A stretch of 64,000 bases of DNA, from contig CAJUMY010000010.1 in the NCBI GenBank assembly GCA_910587685.1, positions 2,787 to 66,786 on the forward strand, given 5' to 3'. This document shows positions 8,813-18,626 of the stretch, in pieces. Source of the DNA: an uncultured Christensenellaceae bacterium (GTDB lineage Bacteria > Bacillota > Clostridia > Christensenellales > UBA3700). Positions within the stretch are counted from its first letter, which is position 1. Each line of letters opens with the position of its first letter. The notes beneath the pieces were generated by a model, which had not been told where the DNA came from, did no database searches, and saw nothing but the letters and a program-made list of their open reading frames with translations. A program made the position numbers and the translations under genes.

Positions 8813-9214
8813 ATGAACAGAGTTTTTTTGATAGGCAATCTTACTAGAGATCCCGAGTTCAATACGACTTCGAGCGGAGTAGCGGTCTGCAGATTTTCGA
8901 TAGGCGTCACGAGAAGATTTTCTCAGGGCGAATCGGACTTTTTCAATATCGTTACGTGGAGAGCTACCGCTGAAAACTGTCAGAAATATCTGAAGAAAGG
9001 AAGCAAAGTAGCTATCATCGGAGCCATTCAGACGAGAACGTACGAGGCGCAGGACGGTACGAAGAGAAACGCGGTCGATATAGTAGCCGACGAAGTACAG
9101 TTCCTCAATACCAGAGCGCAGGGCGACGAAGGAGACGCTTCTTCTTCATACCGCAAGGAGTCGCCGGTCAACAAGTTGACCCCCGTAGAGAACGACGAAG
9201 ATCTACCGTTCTAA
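8813..9214 (+). CDS. ssb: Single-stranded DNA-binding protein
   Basis: 'MNRVFLIGNLTRDPE' OB-fold N-terminus, 'TDFFNIVTWR'-type block, and an acidic C-terminal tail ending 'DEDLPF'. Confidence 0.96.
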   Translation: MNRVFLIGNLTRDPEFNTTSSGVAVCRFSIGVTRRFSQGESDFFNIVTWRATAENCQKYLKKGSKVAIIGAIQTRTYEAQDGTKRNAVDIVADEVQFLNTRAQGDEGDASSSYRKESPVNKLTPVENDEDLPF

Positions 9215-9338
9215 TTATCTTTGATATAAAGAATAATTAAGAACGAATAAAGTATCGGACTGTTTAGCCCGAGGAACGTCAGTTTCGAAAGAAACTGCAG
9301 ACGTTCCGAAAAGAATTTAATTTTAGGAGGTATTAACT

Positions 9339-9584
9339 ATGGAAGAGAAAAAGGTTAATCGCGCGCCGAAGAGAACTCCGAAGAAAAAGGTTTGTTCTTT
9401 CTGTGTCGATAAGATTGATTCCGTAGATTATAAGGACGTTGCGAAACTCAAGAAATACATTACGGAGAAAGGTAAGATTTTACCGAGACGTAATACCGGA
9501 GTTTGCGCAAAGCATCAGAGAATTCTTGCTGAAGCTATTAAAAGAGCAAGAGTTATGGCGCTTCTTCCTTACAAGGCGGACTGA
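9339..9584 (+). CDS. rpsR: 30S ribosomal protein S18
   Basis: '[47 protein letters not shown]' is a typical S18 sequence. Canonical rpsF-ssb-rpsR order. Confidence 0.96.
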   Translation: MEEKKVNRAPKRTPKKKVCSFCVDKIDSVDYKDVAKLKKYITEKGKILPRRNTGVCAKHQRILAEAIKRARVMALLPYKAD

Positions 9585-9635
9585 TCCGCTTTTACAAATT
9601 TAGGCATAAAAATATTTAACATATGATTTTGTTTT

Positions 9636-9675
9636 GCAAAAACGGTTGGCGTAACGTCAGCCGTTTTTGCATTAT
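9636..9675. terminator. Bidirectional intrinsic terminator after rpsR
   Basis: gcaaaaacgg (9636-9645) pairs with ccgtttttgc (9661-9670), giving an A-tract, stem and T-tract. It is nested inside a longer inverted repeat, aacatatgatt and aatcatatgtt (9618-9686). Confidence 0.7.
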
Positions 9676-9839
9676 AATCATATGTTTTAATATGTTTTTG
9701 TTGAAAATCAATGTAAAATTTAACCGTTACCGCCGAAAATTTTTGGGAATACACTTTACAACGGGTATTTTATAGTGTAAAATAACATTATAATAAATAT
9801 AAAGGCTCGCCTAGGCGGGTAAACTAAGAGGTGAAAATT

Positions 9840-11243
9840 ATGGCAAAGTTGTCAAAAGGCGCGAAGATTGCTATCGGCATAGGTGTTCCGGTCGTAGTCA
9901 TTCTCCTTATCGTGGCTATCGTATTCATAGTCCTGTTCGCAGGTCCTTCGGTAGAATACAATAAGCCGCTCGCAGAAGTTTATATGATGGGTCAGATGCA
10001 GAGAGCATCCGCTAATCCTAACGAGGACTACACTCTCGTGGAAAGCGGTAAGATCTGGTCGGTTGAAGATATGATAGACGGCGCTTCCGGCGGAAGCATT
10101 TCTATAGACGATCTTAAGAACCCCGAGGATTTCAACGCTCTTTCCGCAGAGGATAAGGCGAACGTCGTAGCATGGATATACAGAACGGCGGTATTCAACT
10201 ATTCTCAGGTAGTGAACAAGGCTTGGTATCTCGATACTTATTCGACGGTTCAGGCGTACGATACGCTCGGCGTCGATAAAGTTACGGTCATAGTTCGTTC
10301 GCCGTACACCGATATTTTCGGTGAGAACGGACACTATTTCCAGAATAACGCGGGTATCGCAGGATTTAACCTCGGTTCCGCTTCCGTAGGTTCTAACATT
10401 ACCAATATGCTCGGTTACAACTATCAGTCTATATCGAGCGCGAAGGTCAACGCAGGAAGAACCGGTAAGAACCCCGCTGTTTACTACGGTACGGGAAGCG
10501 AGGAGCTTGCTAAGAAAAATATTCTCGGAGCTTGGTGCGAGAACTTCGAGGGCGCTAAGATAGACAGAAGCGCAGGCGATTATAAGCCTTCTACGAGCAA
10601 TCCTTATTCTGATTATTCCGACGCTCCTTGGGAGATCATGGCTGAAGACGACGGCGGATACCTCAGCGCAGGTTGGGCTAAGTACAGCATGGACGATCCC
10701 GAGTGGCTCGACGTTGAAAAGACCAGTTTCGAATACGACGCGGCTCGCGACAGATTCGTTATCAAGTTCGTATTTAACGACGATGACGTTCAGGACGCAG
10801 GTCGTAACTCGATGAATACCCTTATCAACGATACTAAGGCGTATATCACTCTTACCAACCCGACTTATACCAAGTGTGAGAATACTCTCGAGATCTCTGC
10901 CAGCGGACTTATCACGAAGTGGGCTAAGGTCGAGGTTCTCGAGTCCGGCGCGGCTAAGATAGTCAACACTTTCAACGCTTCTAAGGGCGTAGCAAGTAAC
11001 GACCAGATCAACGTATTCTCTTACGACAAGAACGATTGCGACGCAATGAAGTGGGCATCGTTCTATATGCCGGAGCTCAGAGACGTTGCTGAATTCGCAA
11101 GCTACGAGACTTTCGAGAAGTATAAGCCGAGCGTTGATACGGAGTCTGCATTGGGCAAAGCTATCTATGAAGATATGCAGGAGTTCGTAGATACGAGAGA
11201 CGCAAGAATACAGGAAGCTCTCGGCAATAAGAAGGCAGCTTAA
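9840..11243 (+). CDS. Hypothetical N-terminally membrane-anchored extracytoplasmic protein (467 aa)
   Basis: An AAGAGG RBS precedes ATG 9840. A single TM ('IAIGIGVPVVVILLIVAIVFIVLFAG') is followed by a large Asp/Asn/Tyr-rich domain. Host-like codon usage. Followed by a terminator. No family recognised. Confidence 0.7.
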   Translation: MAKLSKGAKIAIGIGVPVVVILLIVAIVFIVLFAGPSVEYNKPLAEVYMMGQMQRASANPNEDYTLVESGKIWSVEDMIDGASGGSISIDDLKNPEDFNALSAEDKANVVAWIYRTAVFNYSQVVNKAWYLDTYSTVQAYDTLGVDKVTVIVRSPYTDIFGENGHYFQNNAGIAGFNLGSASVGSNITNMLGYNYQSISSAKVNAGRTGKNPAVYYGTGSEELAKKNILGAWCENFEGAKIDRSAGDYKPSTSNPYSDYSDAPWEIMAEDDGGYLSAGWAKYSMDDPEWLDVEKTSFEYDAARDRFVIKFVFNDDDVQDAGRNSMNTLINDTKAYITLTNPTYTKCENTLEISASGLITKWAKVEVLESGAAKIVNTFNASKGVASNDQINVFSYDKNDCDAMKWASFYMPELRDVAEFASYETFEKYKPSVDTESALGKAIYEDMQEFVDTRDARIQEALGNKKAA

Positions 11244-11322
11244 ATTCATTGCTTCTTATCTAATAGAGTTCGAAATGAACTTGAACTTAAACTTTTTAGA
11301 GAGTTCTGATTTTCAAAAGACG

Positions 11323-11355
11323 AGACCTTCGCGATAAGCGGAGGTCTTTATTTAT
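11323..11355 (+). terminator. Rho-independent terminator
   Basis: agaccttcgc pairs with gcggaggtct (one G-U pair) and is followed by ttatttatt. Confidence 0.7.
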
Positions 11356-11515
11356 TATTATTTATTAAAAATAGGACATTTCATGGATTTTGGATAGCGT
11401 ACTCGCATACAAATTACAAATAATTGGAAATAGTTGTTGAAAAGTATTACGATTAGTGGTAGAATATTATTAATAACATATAACGCCTTTTCGGTGTTGA
11501 GACGAGGTTTTAGAA

Positions 11516-12616
11516 GTGGAATTTAATGAAATAATCAGCCGTTTTGATTTTGACGGACAGTTTGTCGGAATAGAGCCGTACGGAATGGGTCTTATCAACA
11601 ATACGTACGCAGTCAGCGTTAAAAGAGAGAACGGCGAAATCAAGAGGTATATTCTTCAAAAGATCAACAAGAATACTTTTAAGCAGGTAGATAAGTTGAT
11701 GCGTAATATAAGGCTAGTTACCGAGTATCTTAAAGATATATCAGTTAAGAACGGCGGTAATTGGGAAAGAGAAGTTCTTACCCTTGTCAAGACGCTTGAC
11801 GGTAATTCTTATTATTTGGACAAGAGCGGCGAATATTGGAGAGCTTACGTGCTCATCGAGAATACGATAGGATACGCTATCGCCGAGAGCCGCGATATGT
11901 TCGAAGACGCGGGACGCGCTTTCGGAACATTCGTACGCAATCTGTCGGGATTCCCTGCGGAAGAATTGTACGAGGTCATTGCGAATTTCCACAACACCGA
12001 GTCGAGATTTAGTGACTTCAAAAAGGCGCTTGAGAATAACTACGAGAATAGAAAAGATAACGTAAAGGAAGAAATAGAGTTCGTTCTCTCGAGAGAAAAG
12101 TATACGTCGAAGGTAGTGTCTAAACTAAAGAGCGGCGAGATACCGCTAAGAGTTACGCATAACGATACGAAACTCAATAACGTGCTCATGGACGTCGATA
12201 CGAATAGAGCCGTATGCGTTATCGACCTCGATACCATCATGCCGGGCAGTCTTCTTTACGATTTCGGCGACGCTATCCGTTCGGGATGCAATACGGGGCT
12301 TGAGGACGAGAAGGATCTTTCGAAGGTGTCTTTCGATATAGATCTTTTCGAGAGCTTTTCCAAAGGATTCCTCGAGGGCATAGGCGATAACATAACGAAG
12401 GAAGAAATGGAACTTCTTCCGTTTGCGGGAATACTTATGACTTACGAGTGCGGTATGAGATTTTTGGGCGACTATCTCAACGGAGACGTTTATTTCAAGA
12501 CGCAGTATCCCGAGCACAATCTCGTGAGATGCAGGACGCAGTTCAAGCTCGTTCGCGATATGGAAGAAAGGCTCGGCGAAATGAGCGAGATCGTGAGCAG
12601 GTACGCTAAGATATGA
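11516..12616 (+). CDS. nahK: N-acetylhexosamine 1-kinase (APH/choline-kinase fold, NahK/LnpB-like)
   Basis: GTG start with a GAGG RBS. Blocks match Bifidobacterium NahK as I remember it: 'IEPYGMGLINNTY', 'IPLRVTHNDTKLNNVLMD', 'IDLDTIMPGSLLYDFGDAIR', 'LEDEKDLSKV', 'ECGMRFLGDYLNGDVYFKTQYPEHNLVRCRTQFKLV'. Confidence 0.82.
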   Translation: MEFNEIISRFDFDGQFVGIEPYGMGLINNTYAVSVKRENGEIKRYILQKINKNTFKQVDKLMRNIRLVTEYLKDISVKNGGNWEREVLTLVKTLDGNSYYLDKSGEYWRAYVLIENTIGYAIAESRDMFEDAGRAFGTFVRNLSGFPAEELYEVIANFHNTESRFSDFKKALENNYENRKDNVKEEIEFVLSREKYTSKVVSKLKSGEIPLRVTHNDTKLNNVLMDVDTNRAVCVIDLDTIMPGSLLYDFGDAIRSGCNTGLEDEKDLSKVSFDIDLFESFSKGFLEGIGDNITKEEMELLPFAGILMTYECGMRFLGDYLNGDVYFKTQYPEHNLVRCRTQFKLVRDMEERLGEMSEIVSRYAKI

Positions 12617-13209
12617 AAGAATACGTTGTATCGAAGACGGATAACATAGATATAGAACGCGTAGACGAAAGATGGTCGTCGATCGAAAGAGGACAGCTTG
12701 TCGATAATGCGTCGGGCGGAGAAGCTGAGCCGCGCGCAGAGTTTTCTATCGCGTATTCGGAGGAAGGATTATATTTTCTCTTCGACGTTACAGACGGCGC
12801 GCCTAAGGCAACGATGAAGGAATACAACGCGCCCATATACGACGAAGAAGCCGTGGAATTTTTCTTCGCGACGAAGAAGGATCTTAAAGATTATCTAGAG
12901 GTGGAGTTTAACGCCGTCGGCGGAGTATTCGCGGCGCATATAGATAACGACCTCAAAGGACATACGTCGATAAACTTTATAGAAAAGAATCCCATAAAGT
13001 CGAAAGTAATAGCTAAAGACGGCGGTTTTTACGTTGTGGGACTCATTAATAGGAGCGCTTTCAAGGGAGAGATGGATAACTGGCTCTTTAACGCGTACAG
13101 GATAAAGAGGAGAGACGATAACAGTATGATACTGAGCGCGTTTTCCCCTACGTTTGTTGAAAATTTTCATAAACCCGATCGGTTTGCAAATCTCGTATTT
13201 GCAGAGTAA
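12613..13209 (+). CDS. Carbohydrate-binding family 9-like (DOMON-like beta-sandwich) protein, no signal peptide
   Basis: Its ATG overlaps the nahK stop (ATGA). 'FSIAYSEEGLYFLFDVTD', 'YDEEAVEFFF' and 'YLEVEFNAVGG' resemble CBM9-like domain blocks. No N-terminal hydrophobic segment. Confidence 0.55.
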   Translation: MKEYVVSKTDNIDIERVDERWSSIERGQLVDNASGGEAEPRAEFSIAYSEEGLYFLFDVTDGAPKATMKEYNAPIYDEEAVEFFFATKKDLKDYLEVEFNAVGGVFAAHIDNDLKGHTSINFIEKNPIKSKVIAKDGGFYVVGLINRSAFKGEMDNWLFNAYRIKRRDDNSMILSAFSPTFVENFHKPDRFANLVFAE

Positions 13210-13229
13210 TATATTTGGAGGTAGTAAAT

Positions 13230-14243
13230 ATGGCAGTATTGGTGACCGGAGGAGCAGGATATATAGGTTCGCATACAGTTATCGAATTACTCGATAACGG
13301 CTACGAGGTCGTAGTCGTCGACAATCTTTCGAACAGTAAAGAGGCGTCGCTCGAGAGAGTGAAGAAGATAACGGGCAAGACGTTCAAATTTTATAAGAAC
13401 GACGTATGCGATATCGACGCTCTCGACAATATTTTCAAAAGCGAAAAAATAGATTCGATAATACATTTTGCAGGGCTCAAAGCCGTAGGCGAGTCGGTGG
13501 CAAAACCTATAGAGTACTTTGATAATAACCTTGTCTCTACGCTGAACCTTCTCAAGACTATGCGTAAATACGGATGCAAAAATATAGTTTTCAGTTCGTC
13601 GGCGACGGTGTACGGAAAACCCAAGAGCGTGCCTATAAAGGAAGATTTCGAGCTTTCCGCGACCAATCCTTACGGCAGGACCAAGCTATTCATTGAAGAG
13701 ATATTGAGAGACGTGTACAAGGCAGACCCGAGTATGAATATAGCGTTGCTCAGATACTTCAATCCGATAGGAGCGCACAAGAGCGGACTAATCGGCGAAG
13801 ACCCCAACGGTATCCCCAACAATCTCATGCCGTATATAACTCAGGTCGCTATAGGCAAACTTCCGCGTCTTCGCGTGTTCGGAAACGATTATGCGACGCA
13901 CGACGGAACGGGCGTGAGAGACTACATCCACGTTCTCGATCTGGCTCACGGGCATCTTCTTGCTATCAAGAAACTCGAAAAGAATCCCGGTCTCGTTACC
14001 TATAATCTCGGTACGGGCAAAGGCTACAGCGTGCTCGATATGGTGAACGCGTTCATCAAGGCTACGGGAAAGGATATTCCTTACGAGATAGTCGAGAGAC
14101 GTCCCGGAGATATCGACGAGTGTTATGCGGATCCGGCTCTTGCAGAGAGCGAGATCGGCTTTAAGGCAAAGTATGACCTTGAAGAGATGTGCGCCGACAG
14201 CTGGAGATGGCAGAGCAGCAATCCGAACGGTTACGGAGACTGA
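13230..14243 (+). CDS. galE: UDP-glucose 4-epimerase
   Basis: A GGAGG RBS precedes ATG 13230. Rossmann motif 'VTGGAGYIGSH', catalytic 'NPYGRTKLF' (YxxxK), and 'LRYFNPIGAH'. Confidence 0.93.
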   Translation: MAVLVTGGAGYIGSHTVIELLDNGYEVVVVDNLSNSKEASLERVKKITGKTFKFYKNDVCDIDALDNIFKSEKIDSIIHFAGLKAVGESVAKPIEYFDNNLVSTLNLLKTMRKYGCKNIVFSSSATVYGKPKSVPIKEDFELSATNPYGRTKLFIEEILRDVYKADPSMNIALLRYFNPIGAHKSGLIGEDPNGIPNNLMPYITQVAIGKLPRLRVFGNDYATHDGTGVRDYIHVLDLAHGHLLAIKKLEKNPGLVTYNLGTGKGYSVLDMVNAFIKATGKDIPYEIVERRPGDIDECYADPALAESEIGFKAKYDLEEMCADSWRWQSSNPNGYGD

Positions 14244-14282
14244 TAGTAAATATATCCGAAAACGATAAATAACGACGTTGAG

Positions 14283-14317
14283 ATGAGTTCGAGATAAAAG
14301 CCGAACTCATATTCATT
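14283..14317 (+). terminator. Possible terminator after galE
   Basis: 9-bp stem: atgagttcg (14283-14291) pairs with cgaactcat (14302-14310). The U-tract is weak. Confidence 0.4.
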
Positions 14318-14341
14318 AACAACAAAAAGGAGATAAATATA

Positions 14342-14764
14342 ATGATTCGCGACGATATTAAAAAGGCGATAATAGACGCTATGAAGAGCAAGGACGTGAA
14401 CGCAAAGAACATTCTCGGCGTAGTAAAGAATAAGATAATGGTCGAAGCTATCAATAAAAAGAAGAAATACGAAGATATGAGCGACGAGGAGATAACGCCT
14501 ATTTTGTTGAAGGCGGTAAAGGAGCTCGTCGAAGAGGCTGATACCTACAGGAAGGTCGGCAAGGAAGATATAGCGGCTAATATTGACGCTCAGCGCGCGT
14601 GCGTTGAAAAATTCGTACCGAAAATGATGAGCCTTGACGAGATCAAAGAGATCATCGCTTCGCTTGAAGATAAGAGCGTGCCGTTCGTTATGAAACATTT
14701 TAAGGCGAACTATAACGGTAAATGCGATATGCGCGACGTGTCTAAGGCGCTTAAGGAGCTTTGA
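14342..14764 (+). CDS. GatB/YqeY domain-containing protein
   Basis: AGGAGA RBS. 140 aa. 'IKKAIIDAMKSKD' and '...LDEIKEIIASL...' are colinear with the YqeY family as I remember it. Confidence 0.7.
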   Translation: MIRDDIKKAIIDAMKSKDVNAKNILGVVKNKIMVEAINKKKKYEDMSDEEITPILLKAVKELVEEADTYRKVGKEDIAANIDAQRACVEKFVPKMMSLDEIKEIIASLEDKSVPFVMKHFKANYNGKCDMRDVSKALKEL

Positions 14765-14768
14765 TAGT

Positions 14769-15410
14769 ATGAAGAGCGCGATATTCGATCTCGACGGAAC
14801 GCTGCTTAACACTATCGAAGATATCGGCGAGAGTATGAATACAGTGTTAAAAAGACACTCTCTCAAAACGCGCGATATCAGCGAGTATAAAATATTCGTC
14901 GGCAACGGAGCGAGAGTCTTGACCGAGAGAGCGATAGGTCCTGAGAACGCCGCTTTAACGGATACAATTCTTCATGAATATAAGGAAGAGTACGCAACAA
15001 ATCTTGTCAATAGGACAATAGCGTACGAAGGCGTTTACAGTATGCTCGATAGACTCGTAAAAGATGGCGTAAGAATAGGAATATTCACTAACAAGCCGCA
15101 TGCGGATATGCTCGTTCTTAAGAGCAAACTATTTAATATGTATGAGTTTTTTGCGGCATACGGCGCGCGGGACGGCGTTCCGCTAAAGCCCGATCCGAGC
15201 GTTCTTTTGGATATGACTAAGGGAATAGACGGAGAGAAGTTTTTCATCGGAGATACGTCCGTCGACGTATTGACGGGAAAGAACGCGGGATTTGTGACGG
15301 TGGGCTGCGAATGGGGATTTCGATCGAGAAGCGAACTTTCTGGCGCTGATTTTATAGCTGAAAAGCCTGACGACGTCGCAGATCATATAATAGCTTACGG
15401 CAATGAATGA
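14769..15410 (+). CDS. HAD-superfamily hydrolase (phosphoglycolate phosphatase-like)
   Basis: Motif I 'AIFDLDGTLLNT', motif II 'IFTNK', motif IV 'IGDTSVDVLTGKNAG'. Confidence 0.82.
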   Translation: MKSAIFDLDGTLLNTIEDIGESMNTVLKRHSLKTRDISEYKIFVGNGARVLTERAIGPENAALTDTILHEYKEEYATNLVNRTIAYEGVYSMLDRLVKDGVRIGIFTNKPHADMLVLKSKLFNMYEFFAAYGARDGVPLKPDPSVLLDMTKGIDGEKFFIGDTSVDVLTGKNAGFVTVGCEWGFRSRSELSGADFIAEKPDDVADHIIAYGNE

Positions 15411-15470
15411 TAGGTTTTGAATAAAACGAGACTTTCCGTCGGACGTCTTTATTATATGACATAACGGAAA

Positions 15471-15498
15471 GCGGCTCTTCCCATGAGGAAAGAGCCGC
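15471..15498. terminator. Shared terminator between convergent genes
   Basis: gcggctctt pairs with aagagccgc with a 10-nt loop. It lies between the HAD hydrolase gene (+) and the ferritin-like gene (-). Confidence 0.6.
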
Positions 15499-15540
15499 AT
15501 TGTTATGGAGATATATATATGAGTGTTGACTTGTTGCGTG

Positions 15541-16026
15541 TTAGCTGATAGAGCGAAGCATATCTTCGAGAACGTCAATATGTATCTCTTCGTCGATTAT
15601 TATGCGTTCGAGAAGAGCCTTTGCGGACTCGTTCGATAGATGCGCTATAGCGTGTCTGTATCCGCGTATCGCGGACTTTTCCCCCGCTATTCTGCTCATA
15701 AGTATCGGTCTTACGGCTTTTCTATACGTCACGTAGCTTCCGCTGAACGGATAACGCATTCCGTAATAGATAGGATCGCCGCCAAGCGCTACGATAGCGT
15801 CGCCGAGAAGTTCGAGATGGCGCATTTCGCTTATCGCGATTTTTTTCATAACGGCGGCGATGTCGCTGTCGATCTCGTCGAGAATCAAGTGGTCGTATAT
15901 GTATCCTAGAATAGCGGTCGTCTCGCTTACCGATCCGGCGTAGGTTTCGCGTATTATCATCGCGTCTTTTAAGTTCGGCGCGTCGGACTCGACTTTGGGA
16001 TAGGGCAGATCTGAATAGCAGTTCAT
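15541..16026 (-). CDS. Ferritin-like / manganese-catalase family protein (CotJC-like)
   Basis: Four-helix-bundle dimetal ligand pattern: 'SETTAI', 'SEMRHLE', 'GEKSAI', 'DEEIHID' (E, ExxH, E, ExxH). The size and N-terminus 'YPKVESDAPNL' resemble CotJC-type spore proteins. Confidence 0.7.
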   Translation of the reverse strand: MNCYSDLPYPKVESDAPNLKDAMIIRETYAGSVSETTAILGYIYDHLILDEIDSDIAAVMKKIAISEMRHLELLGDAIVALGGDPIYYGMRYPFSGSYVTYRKAVRPILMSRIAGEKSAIRGYRHAIAHLSNESAKALLERIIIDEEIHIDVLEDMLRSIS

Positions 16027-16157
16027 ATCGTCGGTGTCTCCTTCGTTAATAACACACTATGTCGTGTTTTGTCGAAACGTGACGAAAAATGAAGAATTTT
16101 TTGATAAAAACTATAATTTGCGGCAATACGGCGAAAATTTTGTCAAGCGAGGTAGTT

Positions 16158-16727
16158 ATGAAGATATTTGCTCTCATACTTTTGGTTGCGGCGCTCATGG
16201 GAAAGATAGCGTTATATCTTTACGAGTTCATGAAAAGGGACTCGTACACGTCCGATACCGAATATAACGCCGTGTGGCTCACTATAATTTCGAGCGTCAT
16301 AATGTATGCAGGCTATTATTATCTGATCCAAGGAGTATACGTCGGGTATTTCATAACGCTTGCCGTCGCAGTCGGCGTATTCGCGAGCGGAATAGCCGTG
16401 ACCTGTCTCAGGAAGTGGCGTACGTTCCATATTAATACTGGAGACGGATACGTCTCGTATTTGATCGTCAATACGGCGCTTGCGAGAGTGAAAAAGCTCG
16501 GAAGGTACGTTATACACGACGATGATATTGCGATAAATAAACATATAAGGGTGACTTTTGCAAAAGACGTTGTTTCGTGCCGCGATATGGCGAAGACAGT
16601 CAGGGGAATATGTCTTGAGAAGGGCGCGAAAGGAAATATCGGCGAGATAATATTGCTAATGTCTCTTATCCATGCGGTAGAAGTGATATTGGACGTTTCG
16701 TTCTTTATCAACATTTATACGATGTGA
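16158..16727 (+). CDS. Hypothetical integral membrane protein
   Basis: A GAGG RBS precedes ATG 16158. Three to four hydrophobic helices are followed by a soluble segment and a C-terminal helix. No family recognised. Confidence 0.5.
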   Translation: MKIFALILLVAALMGKIALYLYEFMKRDSYTSDTEYNAVWLTIISSVIMYAGYYYLIQGVYVGYFITLAVAVGVFASGIAVTCLRKWRTFHINTGDGYVSYLIVNTALARVKKLGRYVIHDDDIAINKHIRVTFAKDVVSCRDMAKTVRGICLEKGAKGNIGEIILLMSLIHAVEVILDVSFFINIYTM

Positions 16728-16916
16728 GCGAGAATCTCTCGGCGTAAAACGTTCCGTTGGAAATAAAAAGACGTTTTGTAGCGTTTTATATGCGGAGCTC
16801 GGTTTTGTCGGGAAGAGAGAAATAATAAATATTAATAATTTTCGGTTTGTTTAAGATAATAAGAAAGTACTGTTAAATGATACAGGTACGAATAGATAAA
16901 AAGAGGGCGAGGTAAT

Positions 16917-17849
16917 ATGGACTTTGCAATGAGTATTCTTTCGGTAATATTCAAAATAGATGAACTTGTCAACAACGGCGTAAGAAACGACGTGGAATAT
17001 GAGGACATAATTATAGAAAAGGACGTAGAGTATGCCGAGAACCTTCTCTCCGATCTTTACTATGACAAGAATATCGAAAACCCTAAAGGAGTAGTCGTCA
17101 ACATACACGGCGGAGGATGGCTCGTAGGCGATAAAAAGTGGAGAAAGGGAATAGGACTTCATTTTGCAAAGAACGGTTTTTTCACTATCAACGTCAACTA
17201 TTCGCTCTCTCCGACGACTTTATATCCCGAATGCGTAAGGGATATATTCAAAGTATTCCCGTTCATTGAAAGCATTGCGGAAAAGTATAATCTCGATACT
17301 GACCGAATTTACGTTACCGGAGACTCTGCGGGAGCGCATCTTGCGGCGGTCGTCGGGGCGATAGAAAATAACGACGAGGTACTTTCGAGAATGGGAATAG
17401 AGAAGCCTCGTATTTTTGCGTCGAAACTTGCGCTTTTTTGCGGAATATACGACTTTACTCGGTGCGTAGACAAGCCGGGAGCCGCGGGACTCGTCAAGGA
17501 GATGACGGGCGTTCTGCATAGCGAATATAAGGACAGTTTCGAATTTTTCAAAGAACTCTCTCCAATCAATTACGTGACGTCAGAATATCCTTCCACTTAT
17601 ATGGTGTCGACGCTTGGCGACATATTTTGCGACGGACAGAGCGAACTGATGAGGGCGAAATTCGACGAGTGCGGAGTCAAATACGTGGAATACATTACAC
17701 CGCATAAAAAGGCGATGCATTGCTTTCATCTAAATCAGCGCCGCAAAGATTCTATGGAGGCGTTGAACGGAGCAATTGAATTCTTTAACGACTGTGAGGA
17801 GAAAAAAGAAAGTTCGGGAAAATCTTCGGAACAAGCGCTGATCGTTTGA
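16917..17849 (+). CDS. Alpha/beta hydrolase (esterase/lipase, hormone-sensitive-lipase fold-3 type)
   Basis: Oxyanion motif 'HGGGW' and nucleophile elbow 'GDSAGA'. Confidence 0.85.
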   Translation: MDFAMSILSVIFKIDELVNNGVRNDVEYEDIIIEKDVEYAENLLSDLYYDKNIENPKGVVVNIHGGGWLVGDKKWRKGIGLHFAKNGFFTINVNYSLSPTTLYPECVRDIFKVFPFIESIAEKYNLDTDRIYVTGDSAGAHLAAVVGAIENNDEVLSRMGIEKPRIFASKLALFCGIYDFTRCVDKPGAAGLVKEMTGVLHSEYKDSFEFFKELSPINYVTSEYPSTYMVSTLGDIFCDGQSELMRAKFDECGVKYVEYITPHKKAMHCFHLNQRRKDSMEALNGAIEFFNDCEEKKESSGKSSEQALIV

Positions 17850-18208
17850 AATACGCGTTGAGATCGCTTGTATTTTCGGTGTGATACCGGCAGGAGCAAT
17901 ATGCCGATGCGTAATGCCGTTGGCGTAAAACTCATTTATAAAAAGTTATATGCGTTTCGCGGATAGGAGTGTTTACGGAGTTCCTCAGCCGTAAAATTCA
18001 TATGAAATAAAAAAGAGTTCGTTTTACTATATTTCCCATAGGGAATTATAGGTAAGCCGCAGGTTGTAGAGAATTAGGCGTATAGTATCGCGCCATACCT
18101 TTTCTATTATATTTTGACGTGGACGAACTTGGTTACTTATAACCTAGTGAGATATAGATATGTTTTATATAGCACGTACGATGAACAGAAATTTAAGGAT
18201 GGGTTGTT

Positions 18209-18547
18209 ATGAAACATCAAATTAAATATAAAATCATTACATTTGTTATATCTTTTATTTTAGTCGCCGTTCTCATACTATTGTTCTTTTTAGATATATC
18301 ATTAGAATGGGGTTTTGAAAAAATACTTTCCTGTGTTGTATGCGGTATTTGGATATTCTTTTTGCCGCCTACCGGTTTATATTTCGCATATAAAATGAAA
18401 AATTCCGATTTGGAATATAGCGTAAAATTAGGGTTTTATATCGGCACGGGTTGTTTTATCGGTTTGTTGATTACGCCATATTATGGAATAAAATCCTATT
18501 TTTCCGATCTTAACTCAATTTACTATAATGGTGAAATTATTTGGTGA
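18209..18547 (+). CDS. Small hypothetical membrane protein (112 aa, 3 TM)
   Basis: AAGGATGGG RBS. Three clear hydrophobic helices. AT-rich codon usage unlike the flanking genes. Followed by a strong terminator. Confidence 0.5.
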   Translation: MKHQIKYKIITFVISFILVAVLILLFFLDISLEWGFEKILSCVVCGIWIFFLPPTGLYFAYKMKNSDLEYSVKLGFYIGTGCFIGLLITPYYGIKSYFSDLNSIYYNGEIIW

Positions 18548-18592
18548 AATATAACGATAAATTTCAATTTATCGCTCTAAATTTGCGTAGTT

Positions 18593-18626
18593 AAAAGCTC
18601 TCGAATATTTGTTCGAGAGCTTTTTA
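18593..18626. terminator. Bidirectional intrinsic terminator
   Basis: aaaagctctcgaa (18593-18605) pairs with ttcgagagctttt (18612-18624). This 13-bp perfect stem carries an A-tract and a T-tract. Confidence 0.8.

Noticed and set aside
9852-11249. A 465-aa ORF on the minus strand covering the entire 9840..11243 gene.
   Set aside because: It is Arg/Leu/Val/Ser/Cys-rich with no RBS, no motifs and no TM logic. Host genes avoid TTA, CTA and TCA codons, which removes stops from the antisense frame. The plus-strand gene has an RBS, a TM anchor, host codon bias and a terminator. I treat the minus-strand ORF as a shadow ORF.
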